From Candidatus Latescibacterota bacterium (GTDB taxonomy: Bacteria; Latescibacterota; UBA2968; UBA8231), in contig CBDETY010000003.1 of NCBI GenBank assembly GCA_965243025.1, positions 3,808,001 through 3,872,000 on the forward strand: 64,000 nucleotides of DNA. The letters are read 5' to 3'. This document shows, in pieces, positions 20,894 through 30,156 of this stretch. How positions within the stretch are numbered: position 1 is the first letter of the stretch; each line of letters starts with the position of its first letter. A program made the position numbers and the translations under genes. The notes beneath the pieces were generated by a model that worked only from the letters and a program-made list of their open reading frames with translations, ran no database searches and was not told the DNA's origin.

Positions 20894-21070
20894 CCGCCGG
20901 TCCATCCTCGGGCACCCGGGTACCGAATCAGGGTCAGCCTGCCAGTTCCCCGTCCTGTCCGGCCGTCCCGCCGGTCTATCCCCGCGCGCCTGGGAGTCGG
21001 TCCGGGGATTCCGCCCACTAGGTCTCCGTCCGATCCGGCCGTCCCGCCGGTCCATCCTCGCGTCCCCGGG
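20894..21070. repeat. Three degenerate ~27-bp direct repeats with 74-76 nt period
   Basis: CCGCCGGTC(C/T)ATCC(T/C)CG...GGG starting at 20894, 20968 and 21044 in an intergenic gap. Confidence 0.7.
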
Positions 21071-21125
21071 AGCCGCCGGTCGGCGGTTCCCCTCATCCGG
21101 GCAGGCGACTGGCCGGCAACCAGCG

Positions 21126-22082
21126 CTACTCACCCAGCGAGCGGTAGGCCTCGAAGACGATCTGCAGGTCGCGGCGCGCGCGCGCCAGGTTCGAGTAGGG
21201 CGAACGGCCGCGGTCCTCCAGGCAGGAAAGGAAATCCTCCATCATCCCGGCGTAGCCCATCATGTCGCCGAAGCCGGGGAACTCCAGAGCCCGGCGGCGC
21301 TTCGAGCGCACGCAGTGGTATATCCCGTTGCTCTCGAACACCACCCCGCCCTCGCTGCCGGCGATGCGGGAATGCTGGAATATCCCCTGAGTCGGGGACG
21401 GCACGTTCCAGGCGTAGCGGATCTCCGCCCGCGGTCCGCCCGGCACCTCGAGCGCGACCACGGCATGGCGCTCCACCTCGTCGCTGCCCCGGCCGGGGAA
21501 CTCCGCCCCGAGCAGACGCGGCATGCCGCACTCGCTTCCGGCGGCCGCGTCGAGCAGGTCGGCGGCCAGGGCGACGAAATGGATCCCCCCCTCCAGCAGC
21601 GACCCGTGGGCGGCGCGCCACCCCGAAACCTTCTGCTGCTTCAGCTTCTTCACCTCGATGCGCTCGATCACGCCGAGGTCCCCGGAGCTGATGTGCTGCT
21701 TCAGCTTCAGCAGCGAGGGTTTGTAGTAGTAGTTCTCGGCGACCATCAGGGTGGTTCCCGGATGCCGGGCGGCGGCCTCTTCCATGCGGAGGAGCTGGTC
21801 GGGCTCGTGGCAGAGCGGTTTCTCGACGAGGACCGCGGAGACCCCGGAAGCCAGTGCGGCGACCGTCTCGGTCTCGTGCCGTTCCGGGGGCGTGGCGATA
21901 ACCACCCCGTCCGCCCTTTCGAGAAGCTCCTCCCAGGTCGCGCACACCTCGCCGCCGAACTCCCGGGCGAACTCCTCGGCCCGGGCCCGGGTGCGGTTGA
22001 AAAACAGCAGACCCGCCCGGCCCCGCAGGTTTCCGGCGTGCTTCCTGCCGATGGCGCCGCAGCCGGCGAGGCCGACCCGCAT
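21126..22082 (-). CDS. Gfo/Idh/MocA family oxidoreductase
   Basis: MRVGLAGCGAIG, LVEKPL; start overlaps the GMC stop (TGATG). Confidence 0.88.
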   Translation of the reverse strand: MRVGLAGCGAIGRKHAGNLRGRAGLLFFNRTRARAEEFAREFGGEVCATWEELLERADGVVIATPPERHETETVAALASGVSAVLVEKPLCHEPDQLLRMEEAAARHPGTTLMVAENYYYKPSLLKLKQHISSGDLGVIERIEVKKLKQQKVSGWRAAHGSLLEGGIHFVALAADLLDAAAGSECGMPRLLGAEFPGRGSDEVERHAVVALEVPGGPRAEIRYAWNVPSPTQGIFQHSRIAGSEGGVVFESNGIYHCVRSKRRRALEFPGFGDMMGYAGMMEDFLSCLEDRGRSPYSNLARARRDLQIVFEAYRSLGE

Positions 22083-23575
22083 CACGCCGCGCCTCCGGCG
22101 ACAGCGTCGGCCACGCGCAGGGCGTTGGCGGCGATGGTGAGACTCGGGTTGACGCCCCCCGAGGCCGGGAAGCAGCTGCCGTCGACGACGTGGAGGTTCC
22201 CGATCCCCCAGACGCGGCAGTCGCGGTCGAGGGCGCCCTGTTCGGGGGAGCCGGCGCAGCGCACCGTGCCGACCGCGTGGGAGAAGGTGTCGATCTCGTA
22301 GAACCGCGTCTTCCACGCCCCGGCCGCCCTGAGCACGCGGCGGGCCTGGTCGGCGAGGAAGTCCCGGCGCTCGAGGTCCGCGGCGCTGTACTCGTGGTCG
22401 ACGCGGGGAACCTCCACCCCCCAGTCGTCCCTGCCGCTGCTAAGGCGCACGGCGTTCTCGAAACGCGGCTCGTCCTCGGCGATGCACAGCAGGTTCTGCA
22501 TGAAGGGGCTGAAGGCCCCGGCGATCCGCTTGAGCCCGAAAGGAGCGAAGTGGGAGATCACCTCGCCCGACGGGGTGTAGATATCCTGGATGACCCCGGC
22601 GGCGGTGCCGTGGCGGGCGCGGAAGCGCTCGTAGAACTCGGTGAAGCAGAGCTGCTTGTGGAAGAGGTTGCCGGGGTTGGTGCGGAACGGGAAGACCCCG
22701 GCGACCACCCCGTTGCAGTGCCGCATCAGGCAGCGGCCGATCCACCGGGCCCCGGGCGAGTCGAGGCGGGACCGCAGCAGCAGGGCCGGGGTATGCAGGG
22801 CTCCGGCGGCGAGGAAGAAACGCTCCCCTTCGAGACGGCGCGTCCCGGGCTCGCCGGCGACGGCCACCGCGTGCAGGGCCTCGGCGCGGTCACCCGAGAC
22901 CTCCAGGTGGGTGGCCGCCAGGCCGGCGACGATCTCGAGCCCGGCCTCCTGCCCGAGGCGCAGCGCCGTCGCCGTCATGTCGTTCTTGGCCTCGATCCGG
23001 CACGGGAACCCGTCGCAGGTCGAGCAGCGGATGCATTGCGGCCGTTCCGGATCGTCGAAGTTGATGGCCATCGGCAGGGGAAACGGTTTGAGGCCGAGCC
23101 GTTCGGCGGCCGAGCGGATGCGCCGGGCAGGGGGGGCGAGCTCGACCGGGGCCCGCGGATAGTCAGTGGACCGGGGCGGCTCGCAGGGGTCGGCGCCGGC
23201 CTGCCCGTGAACGGCCAGCAGGTCCTCGGCCTCGGTGTAACAGGGCTCCAGCTCACCGTAGGAGATCGGCCATTTCTCGAAATCGGTTTCACGCAGGCGC
23301 AGGGAGGCCCCGCCGAAAAAGACCGAGTTGCCGCCGACCACCTCGTTGGGATGGAGCGGCTCGGCTTCTCTGGCCCCGTACTGGCGCACGGACACCGGGG
23401 AAGCGGATTGGTACCGCTTCTCGATCAGGATTCCCCGCTGGCTCCAGTCCCTTTCGTCCCGGCGCGGCCAGCCGCCGCGCTCGACCAGGAGGGTCTTCAG
23501 GCCGGCGCGGACAAGGCGCCAGGCGGCGCAGGCCCCGCCGAACCCGGAACCGACGATGACGGCATCGTATTTCAC
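22082..23575 (-). CDS. GMC family flavin oxidoreductase
   Basis: IVGSGFGG, VGGNS, C..C..C..FPC, HAVGT, VVDGSCFP..GGVNPSLTIAANALR. Confidence 0.92.
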   Translation of the reverse strand: MKYDAVIVGSGFGGACAAWRLVRAGLKTLLVERGGWPRRDERDWSQRGILIEKRYQSASPVSVRQYGAREAEPLHPNEVVGGNSVFFGGASLRLRETDFEKWPISYGELEPCYTEAEDLLAVHGQAGADPCEPPRSTDYPRAPVELAPPARRIRSAAERLGLKPFPLPMAINFDDPERPQCIRCSTCDGFPCRIEAKNDMTATALRLGQEAGLEIVAGLAATHLEVSGDRAEALHAVAVAGEPGTRRLEGERFFLAAGALHTPALLLRSRLDSPGARWIGRCLMRHCNGVVAGVFPFRTNPGNLFHKQLCFTEFYERFRARHGTAAGVIQDIYTPSGEVISHFAPFGLKRIAGAFSPFMQNLLCIAEDEPRFENAVRLSSGRDDWGVEVPRVDHEYSAADLERRDFLADQARRVLRAAGAWKTRFYEIDTFSHAVGTVRCAGSPEQGALDRDCRVWGIGNLHVVDGSCFPASGGVNPSLTIAANALRVADAVAGGAA

Positions 23576-23617
23576 TGAACAGTCTCCGCCGTGGAATCAG
23601 GCGGAAACCGGCGGCGA

Positions 23618-24418
23618 TTACAAGGCGCGCACCTCGACGACGTAGAGCACCGCGAGGGCGGCGATGATCACCAGGGCGAGGTAATGGAACTTCTCGCGGG
23701 TCCGGACGAACTGCTCGAGGCGTTGGAGATCCGGGCGGAACTTCCCGGACATGTTGCGCTGCACGTAGGTCTTGTAGTATTCAATGGAAAAGCGCTCGAG
23801 GCCCCCGTTCATGTAGATGAGAAACCCGGCAGAAACCGGGGCGGCGGGGTCGTTGAGGAAGTAGAACAGCGGGCTGAGAAGGGCCAGGACGATCCCGGAC
23901 CGCTGGAACTTCAGCGGTTTGAACCCCTCGAACGGAGCGTCCTTGTAAGCACCCCCGAGGGACACCACGAGGCCGGTTGCATAAGCGATGAGGAGGAACC
24001 AGAGGAAGCGGTCGACCGGGACATCTATCAGGGTCACAGCGAAAACCGCTGCGACGATAACGGTGCCGACGGAGTAACGAAGGAGGTCGCTCTCGACGTG
24101 GCGCCCGAAAAAGGTGATTCGGGAGGGGACGAAGTACTTCTCCTGGTCTTCGGACCGGAAAAACCCCTTGTAGATCTCGGCGAGGAAGCGCTCGATCCCC
24201 ATGACCAGGAAGAACAGCTGAAACATTCCGATCCCCTCCAGCCGGTGAGTGAACGGGGGAAGGAGATACAGCACCAGAAAAATGGCGAGGCTGAACCAGA
24301 TGCTGCGGGGGAAGGTGCGCGGCTTTAACCCCTCAAAGGGGGAATCCTTGAAGGCGCCCCAGAGAGAGGTGTAGAGGCCAGACAGAACCACAACGATAAG
24401 GAGAACGGTTAAGGACAT
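23618..24418 (-). CDS. Uncharacterised integral membrane protein with internal two-fold duplication
   Basis: GAFKDSPFEGLKPRTFPRS / GAYKDAPFEGFKPLKFQRS and GIERFLAEIYK / GLERFSIEYYK; multiple TM stretches. Confidence 0.8.
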   Translation of the reverse strand: MSLTVLLIVVVLSGLYTSLWGAFKDSPFEGLKPRTFPRSIWFSLAIFLVLYLLPPFTHRLEGIGMFQLFFLVMGIERFLAEIYKGFFRSEDQEKYFVPSRITFFGRHVESDLLRYSVGTVIVAAVFAVTLIDVPVDRFLWFLLIAYATGLVVSLGGAYKDAPFEGFKPLKFQRSGIVLALLSPLFYFLNDPAAPVSAGFLIYMNGGLERFSIEYYKTYVQRNMSGKFRPDLQRLEQFVRTREKFHYLALVIIAALAVLYVVEVRAL

Positions 24419-24492
24419 TTTTTCTGGAATGGAAAACCACAATGATGAATACTATCCTAGCGAAAAAAACCGGTCTCCGCAACCTTTAAACT

Positions 24493-25359
24493 TTACCATT
24501 CGAAGAGGGAAGGAATAGCCGGATTATCTCCAGGAGATCGGACACCCAGGAGATATCCCAGGAGGCCGCCGATAAAATCAGAGCCGTTTGGAATTCCGTG
24601 AACCAACATACATAGCAAAATATTCCCCCTTCGGTCATACAGATATGCCGCTATAAAAGCAAAGAGGAGAATAAAGACAATATGAAAATAACTCAGGGAA
24701 TTAAATCCCAAAGGAATAAAAGATACGAAGTGATAGAACAGAAAGATAAAGGAAGACCCTACGTAGGCGATAAACCTGTTTCCTTTCCAATTGTACAATG
24801 CCACAAAAATTATGCCGCGATATATTGGCTCTTCAACCAATGGATATAATATTGATTTAAGAATTAGTGCGTAAAACATAAACAGGAAAAAAAGTGGTTC
24901 TTCAAACCTGTATCCTTCCCTCAAAGAAGGGAGGATTCTAACCGAACCGAGAATCAATCCAACACAAGACCATATGACAATATCCCATACAGAGGGAATT
25001 CGACAAAAAAACATCTTCTGGATTGGTATGCGGGCGAAATATTTAATGAGGGACAAAACGAAAATGGCGATAAAGATATAAAGTGCAATCAGATTATATC
25101 CATCTTCAAAGGAGTCAACGTCGGGGTCAAGACCTAAATAGATTGCAACATCAATAATCATCGAGGGGAGAACGAACAACATCCCGGATAGTATGAAACC
25201 CCTTTTGACTGAAATATTGACTGCTTCGGGCCAAGCTGAAAAATTGCTGGCGCATGGTTTAGTTTCCCGAACCATTTCCGTCTCCGTTTCGAGATTGGGC
25301 ATTAACCTTGATTTATTTAATCTGGGACAGGACCAACCTTCGGTATGGCCCTGTCCCAT
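24493..25359 (-). CDS. CPBP (CAAX protease / Abi) intramembrane glutamic endopeptidase; start uncertain (possibly 25302)
   Basis: EEPIYRG, FLFYH and HGIPN catalytic motifs; strongly AT-rich. Confidence 0.85.
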   Translation of the reverse strand: MGQGHTEGWSCPRLNKSRLMPNLETETEMVRETKPCASNFSAWPEAVNISVKRGFILSGMLFVLPSMIIDVAIYLGLDPDVDSFEDGYNLIALYIFIAIFVLSLIKYFARIPIQKMFFCRIPSVWDIVIWSCVGLILGSVRILPSLREGYRFEEPLFFLFMFYALILKSILYPLVEEPIYRGIIFVALYNWKGNRFIAYVGSSFIFLFYHFVSFIPLGFNSLSYFHIVFILLFAFIAAYLYDRRGNILLCMLVHGIPNGSDFIGGLLGYLLGVRSPGDNPAIPSLFEW

Positions 25360-25399
25360 AACAATATCTCGGACTAGACCCGAGAGTTAATCACCGACG

Positions 25400-25777
25400 C
25401 TATCCTTGCGGCCTTTTCCGATGCCCGTCTCCTTCACCAGAACTTCCTGTGGAGGGATCATAAAAGGGATTTCCATCCCTAGGGATACCACCGGAGCCTC
25501 CCCCACTTTCGCGGTGCTTGATTGTTATACCTATTTCCACGCCCGTACCGCCGGAAAGTCCAAACGTTGTACTTTCCCCATTGCTTTGGACTTTAATCGG
25601 GGACTTCATCGCCCAATGAAATTTAAGAGGGCCGACCTCAACCGTATCGGTAGCTACCGTCCCATGATCTACCGCATTGTCACCCAATTCGGACATTTTA
25701 TCCATGAGATTTTTTTCGGCATTATACGCGACGAATTCGCGGTTGTTTTTCCGAAATGGTTTGATCATTGCTTTCAT
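25400..25777 (-). CDS. Small Gly/Ser-rich hypothetical protein, candidate T1SS substrate or bacteriocin precursor
   Basis: 125 aa, AAAGGA RBS, located between the ABC exporter and the CPBP gene. Confidence 0.6.
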   Translation of the reverse strand: MKAMIKPFRKNNREFVAYNAEKNLMDKMSELGDNAVDHGTVATDTVEVGPLKFHWAMKSPIKVQSNGESTTFGLSGGTGVEIGITIKHRESGGGSGGIPRDGNPFYDPSTGSSGEGDGHRKRPQG

Positions 25778-25889
25778 GAAATTTCCTTTGATTTATATAA
25801 ATATATCAGGGGGGGGTTAGATAGTTCATAGTCAATGTTTTTCTCCTTATACGAACCTCCTCTCTTTTATGTGAAACTGCCCAATTCGA

Positions 25890-27629
25890 TTAAATCCGGG
25901 CCGTTCTTTCAAAAAGTTCCCAATAGGCACCTCCTTTCTGGATCAGGTAATCGTGGTTACCCTGTTCAACTATTCTGCCCCTCTCCAACACCACAATCTG
26001 ATCTGCCCTCCGAATCGTTGAGAGCCGGTGCGCGATCATTATCGTCGTTCGTCCGGCCAGCACCATCCTCAAACCCTCCTGGACATTGTACTCGGATTCC
26101 TCGTCAAGGTTCGAAGTCGGCTCATCCAAAATCAGAATTCGAGAATCCATCAGCAATGCACGGGCAAGGGCGATCCGCTGTTTCTGTCCTTCCGAAAATT
26201 TGACCCCCTGTTCTCCAACCACCGTTTCGTACCCTTCTGGAAGTGAGGCTACGAACTCATGAATGCAGGCGACTTCGGCCGCTTCTTCTACCAGATTCTG
26301 GGGAATATCTCGATGAAATCTCAGGTTTTCCATAATGCTTCCCTGAAACAAGGTACTGCCCTGTAAAGCAAAGCCAACCTGCTGCCTCAGCGATCTCAAT
26401 CCGACTTCCCGGACATTCTGGTTGTCAATCCGGATCTCACCTTCCATGGGATCGTAAAATCTTGGAATCATTTTCGCCAGGGTGGATTTTCCAGATCCAC
26501 TTTTCCCTACCAGGGCTACCGTTGTACCCGGTTCAAAAACCAAATTTACCCCGTCGAGTACTTTATTCTCCCCGTCATACGAGAAGCTCACGTTCTTGAA
26601 ATGCACCTCTCCTTCTGTAACTTTCAGACGCGGAGCTTTCGGGACGTTCTGAATTTCCGGTTTTTCATTGTACACTTCCAAAAATCGACCCGTGTGCACA
26701 AGGGTCAGTTCGATGGTTCGGACCAACTCAATCAAATTTCTTATCGGTCCATATAAATACCCCACGTAAGCTGTAAATGCCATAAAACTCCCTATTGACA
26801 TTGTTCCCTTCAGGATCTGGGACCAGCCATACCAGCTGTATGCCAACGTCCCTCCCGTATTGATCAATCCCCCAATAAACCCTGAACCTCCTTGGAACAG
26901 TGTCGACTTGACGCTCAGCCTGGAAATTGCCGAAAACAGGCTCTCCAATTTTCCATAAAATCCAGCTTCCCATCCAAGAGCCTGCACCGTCCGGATACCG
27001 TGAATGGATTCGTAATTTTTTGCGGATAATTCCGCAGTTTTTTTTGTCAACTTCTCAGAGAATCTCCGTAAGTATTTCCGCGTCACTAAAACCAATAAGG
27101 TATCAAAAGGCAAAACTGCCAAGCTGATAAGTGCCAATTTCCAGTTTATCAGGAAAAGGATTGGGGGGAAAATCAGTAACTGGAGGGTATTCATTAGCGA
27201 TGTATTGATTATCCCGACTATGTTTCCCACTGAAGATCTCATGTCCCTGAACCTGGACAATATCTCACCCGTCTCCCTTTGGTCGAAAAAACTGAAATCC
27301 ATTGACTGGATATGCCTGTAAAACAGGGACTGAAAATCGAATCCCATGCGGATACCCACGCACTGAGCGAAGTAATCCCCCAAAAAACCCATTCCACCTA
27401 GTCCTATCGATATTAAAGCACCCAGCAACAAAGCAAATGCCAACAAATCCCAATCCTGGTTGGGATATACGTCGTCAATCAGGATTTTCGTAAAATAAGG
27501 GCCCGGAATTTGCAACAGCATCGTCAACACAGCGACCAAAAGAGCCTGTCCGATGTATCCCCAATATGGCCGTAAAAGCTTCAGGATCTGGACTATCTGA
27601 CCCACCTGACCGCTCCCGTTTCCCCTCAA
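25890..27629 (-). CDS. ABC exporter (permease + ATPase), T1SS/bacteriocin-exporter type without a C39 peptidase domain
   Basis: TM domain, GKSGSGKST, FSEGQKQR, ILDEPTS, AHRLST; start overlaps the hlyD stop. Confidence 0.9.
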   Translation of the reverse strand: MRGNGSGQVGQIVQILKLLRPYWGYIGQALLVAVLTMLLQIPGPYFTKILIDDVYPNQDWDLLAFALLLGALISIGLGGMGFLGDYFAQCVGIRMGFDFQSLFYRHIQSMDFSFFDQRETGEILSRFRDMRSSVGNIVGIINTSLMNTLQLLIFPPILFLINWKLALISLAVLPFDTLLVLVTRKYLRRFSEKLTKKTAELSAKNYESIHGIRTVQALGWEAGFYGKLESLFSAISRLSVKSTLFQGGSGFIGGLINTGGTLAYSWYGWSQILKGTMSIGSFMAFTAYVGYLYGPIRNLIELVRTIELTLVHTGRFLEVYNEKPEIQNVPKAPRLKVTEGEVHFKNVSFSYDGENKVLDGVNLVFEPGTTVALVGKSGSGKSTLAKMIPRFYDPMEGEIRIDNQNVREVGLRSLRQQVGFALQGSTLFQGSIMENLRFHRDIPQNLVEEAAEVACIHEFVASLPEGYETVVGEQGVKFSEGQKQRIALARALLMDSRILILDEPTSNLDEESEYNVQEGLRMVLAGRTTIMIAHRLSTIRRADQIVVLERGRIVEQGNHDYLIQKGGAYWELFERTARI

Positions 27630-28768
27630 CCACTCTGCTGCAGGTGAAAATCATGTCTACCCGCCCTGTCTCCAGACTTCATCACCTTTTTCCACCACAG
27701 TTCCAGAATCCGCCCGCGATTCACCACCACCTTCGCCTGGGTATTCATCCCGTTCGCCAGGGAGTACACTCGTTCCTCGTCTGATACAACCGGATCCAGA
27801 ATCGATACCCTCACGGAATACACCGCGCATCCGTCCGGAGCCACCTCTGACGGAGTGGTTGGCACCTCTTCCACCACCCCTTCGAAAATCTTGTATTCCA
27901 TATGCGGGAAAGCGTCCATGTAGAGCCTGGTCTGCTGGCCCGCCGCTATCTGGGGAAGGTCCATTTCCTTTATCATTACCTTTGCCTGCCAGGCATCTGT
28001 TCCCGCCACCTCCAGGATTCCCTCCCCCGCCTCGATTCTGTCCCCCACCCTCCGTGTCAGTTCCCGGGCCAGCACCATTCCGTTGGCTGGAGCAGCGATC
28101 CTGGTCTGTGCCAATCGGCTTCGTACCAGGGTACGGTCCTTTTCCAATTTCCCCCGCCGTTTCTCCAGGGTTCGCAGCTCCTGTCCCCTTCCTTCGACGG
28201 CCCTTAGCCGCTGCTCTGCCAGGGCGAGGTCGGCTTTTCCCTCCCGCAGGGCTGCGTTCGCCAGTCGGACCGGCAGCAGGTCCTGAAGAGGGCGCCGGGC
28301 TATTCCCTCAGGCACCAGGGCAACCGTGGAATACAGAGTTTGCTCGGCCACTATCTGCTCCAACTGAATCCGTATCCGCTCCAGATTCAGCCGTGCTTCT
28401 ACTACCTCGGCGCTCCTGGTCCTCCGGTCCTGCTCGATCTGCTCCTCGATCTCTCGCTGCTGGCTCCGGTTTACCTCCAGGTCCGCCTCGATTTTCTGGA
28501 GCTCCGTACGCCAGTCTGCATCGTCCAGGATCACCAGCAGGTCTCCTGCGTCTACCCGCTGCCCCGACCTGACGTGAACCTCCTTGATGATGCCACCGAT
28601 CATTGTCTTTACCTGGTGACGGTCCCGGGGCTCGACGACGCCCTGCCCCTCCACGGTTACATCCATGCCGAAATGCCAACTCAGGAGGCCGGCCAAGCCT
28701 ACCATCCCCCCTGCAAGCAGAAGAATCAGCCAGAGGAATGAGCGGACGATACCGAAACCGGGCCCCAT
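27626..28768 (-). CDS. HlyD family secretion membrane-fusion protein
   Basis: N-terminal TM, GGIIKEVHVRSGQRVDAGD, coiled coil, DAFPHMEY, GMNTQAKVV; GAGGAG RBS before ATG 28768. Confidence 0.88.
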   Translation of the reverse strand: MGPGFGIVRSFLWLILLLAGGMVGLAGLLSWHFGMDVTVEGQGVVEPRDRHQVKTMIGGIIKEVHVRSGQRVDAGDLLVILDDADWRTELQKIEADLEVNRSQQREIEEQIEQDRRTRSAEVVEARLNLERIRIQLEQIVAEQTLYSTVALVPEGIARRPLQDLLPVRLANAALREGKADLALAEQRLRAVEGRGQELRTLEKRRGKLEKDRTLVRSRLAQTRIAAPANGMVLARELTRRVGDRIEAGEGILEVAGTDAWQAKVMIKEMDLPQIAAGQQTRLYMDAFPHMEYKIFEGVVEEVPTTPSEVAPDGCAVYSVRVSILDPVVSDEERVYSLANGMNTQAKVVVNRGRILELWWKKVMKSGDRAGRHDFHLQQSG

Positions 28769-28974
28769 GAACTCCTCGCCAGACCCGGGCCTGCCGGTCG
28801 GCTTTTCATCCGTCAGATTTCCTGACGGCACCTGTTCCGGTGTGATCGCTGGCGTTGTCAGGGTTCGAAATCCCTTGGACTGCCGATCTGCCCGCAGTCC
28901 CTGATTTGATGGTTAAAAGCAGTCAGCCCCGCTCGGGAGGCCGCGGCATTTATTCATACTGACGGTTATCCGTC

Positions 28975-28990
28975 AGCAATGGCTATGCCA
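28975..28990 (-). promoter_or_regulatory. sigma54 (-24/-12) promoter upstream of hlyD
   Basis: Minus strand TGGCATAGCCATTGCT matches TGGCAY-N5-TTGCW with exact GG-N10-GC spacing. Confidence 0.7.
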
Positions 28991-29343
28991 GGAATGAGAT
29001 TTCCTGTGGCGCGAGGTTGGCCGCCCGCCGGTGGCGCCTGGTTATTGCAGGGAGACTCGGGTTTCAGGAAAGGGCTTGGGCATGACCGGCCATTCCATGA
29101 ACCGCGTTCCAAGTTGCAAGCTGTTTCGGTGGGATTGGTTGCTGAATGACCAGGATCCTCAGCTGACAGGACGCCTCACCCAGGCGCACCTGGGTGTTCT
29201 GCTACACAATCGTGTGTGCGGTTGGACACACTCCGACTCCCGCAACATCCCGCGAGAACACCCGCCGGGTTGGCCGCCCCGGAATTGGCTTCATTATATA
29301 TGGAGAAACCGAATCAGCTACGAAGGCCCTGGGAGGGATTTCG

Positions 29344-30129
29344 ATGAGTATCGAGAGAGAGAAAGAGGACTTCGCCGGCCGCGGGTATTTCATCGTCGAC
29401 GACGTCTTCGACCCCGATATGCTGGAACGGCTCGAGACCGCCTCCTGGAACGTCTGGAACAAGGTGCGGTCCGGAGAGGTGGACGTCGCCGGGATGGGGC
29501 CCGACGCAGGGGCGATCTTCGGGTTGATCGCCCCCGAATTCGGCGAGCCCGTGTTCGGCGAGCACTTCCTGACCCCGAAGCTGCTGCAATACGTCGAGGC
29601 CTTCCTGGGCAAGGAGTTACGGCTGGGCTACGTCCACCTGCGCAACGCCCGGGAATCCTACGACACCGGCTGGCACCGGGACGTCGGGGGGACGAACCGC
29701 GACCTCCCCTACGACGAGGAGATGGCCCTGCTCAACAAGCCGAAGACCAACTTCCGCTGGCAGCTTGCCCTGATCGACGACCGCTGCCTGTGGCTGGTCC
29801 CCTGGAGCCAGAGCCGCTACCGCACCGACGAGGAGCGGGACGCCCTCGTCTCCAACAAGCACAGGGATCTTCCCGGCATGGAGAACGTCGTCCTCAAGCG
29901 GGGGCAGACCCTGTTCTGGGACGGCAACACCATCCACCGCGGGAAGCTGCCCCCGGGCGTGAACGAGCGGCTCGTCCTGACTGGGGGGCTGTGCAAGTAC
30001 GACCCTGACGAACCCAGGCTCGAGCCGGACAAGCGTTTCCAGTGGCGGGTGGCCGAGAATATCGGGCCGGCCCTGCCCGACCGGGTGCGGCTCTGGTGGG
30101 AACGGTGGCTGGCGCTGCAGAAGAACTGA
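29344..30129 (+). CDS. PhyH family dioxygenase
   Basis: FAGRGYFIVDDV, WHRD, IHRG. Confidence 0.85.
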   Translation: MSIEREKEDFAGRGYFIVDDVFDPDMLERLETASWNVWNKVRSGEVDVAGMGPDAGAIFGLIAPEFGEPVFGEHFLTPKLLQYVEAFLGKELRLGYVHLRNARESYDTGWHRDVGGTNRDLPYDEEMALLNKPKTNFRWQLALIDDRCLWLVPWSQSRYRTDEERDALVSNKHRDLPGMENVVLKRGQTLFWDGNTIHRGKLPPGVNERLVLTGGLCKYDPDEPRLEPDKRFQWRVAENIGPALPDRVRLWWERWLALQKN

Positions 30130-30156
30130 GACCCCAACTCCCTGGCTCCCATCGCA

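Noticed and set aside
20894-21070. Functional CRISPR array
   Set aside because: Only three degenerate units, spacers not independent, and no cas genes or AT-rich leader. Kept only as a low-confidence relic.
25809-25816. G8 tract upstream of the 125-aa gene as a phase-variation switch
   Set aside because: No tract length fuses the upstream mini-ORF in frame without a stop, and the spacing to promoter-like boxes does not fit.
24440-29340. Target-site duplication around the HlyD/ABC island
   Set aside because: Only a 7-bp match (CCGCAAC) was found, which is not distinguishable from chance.
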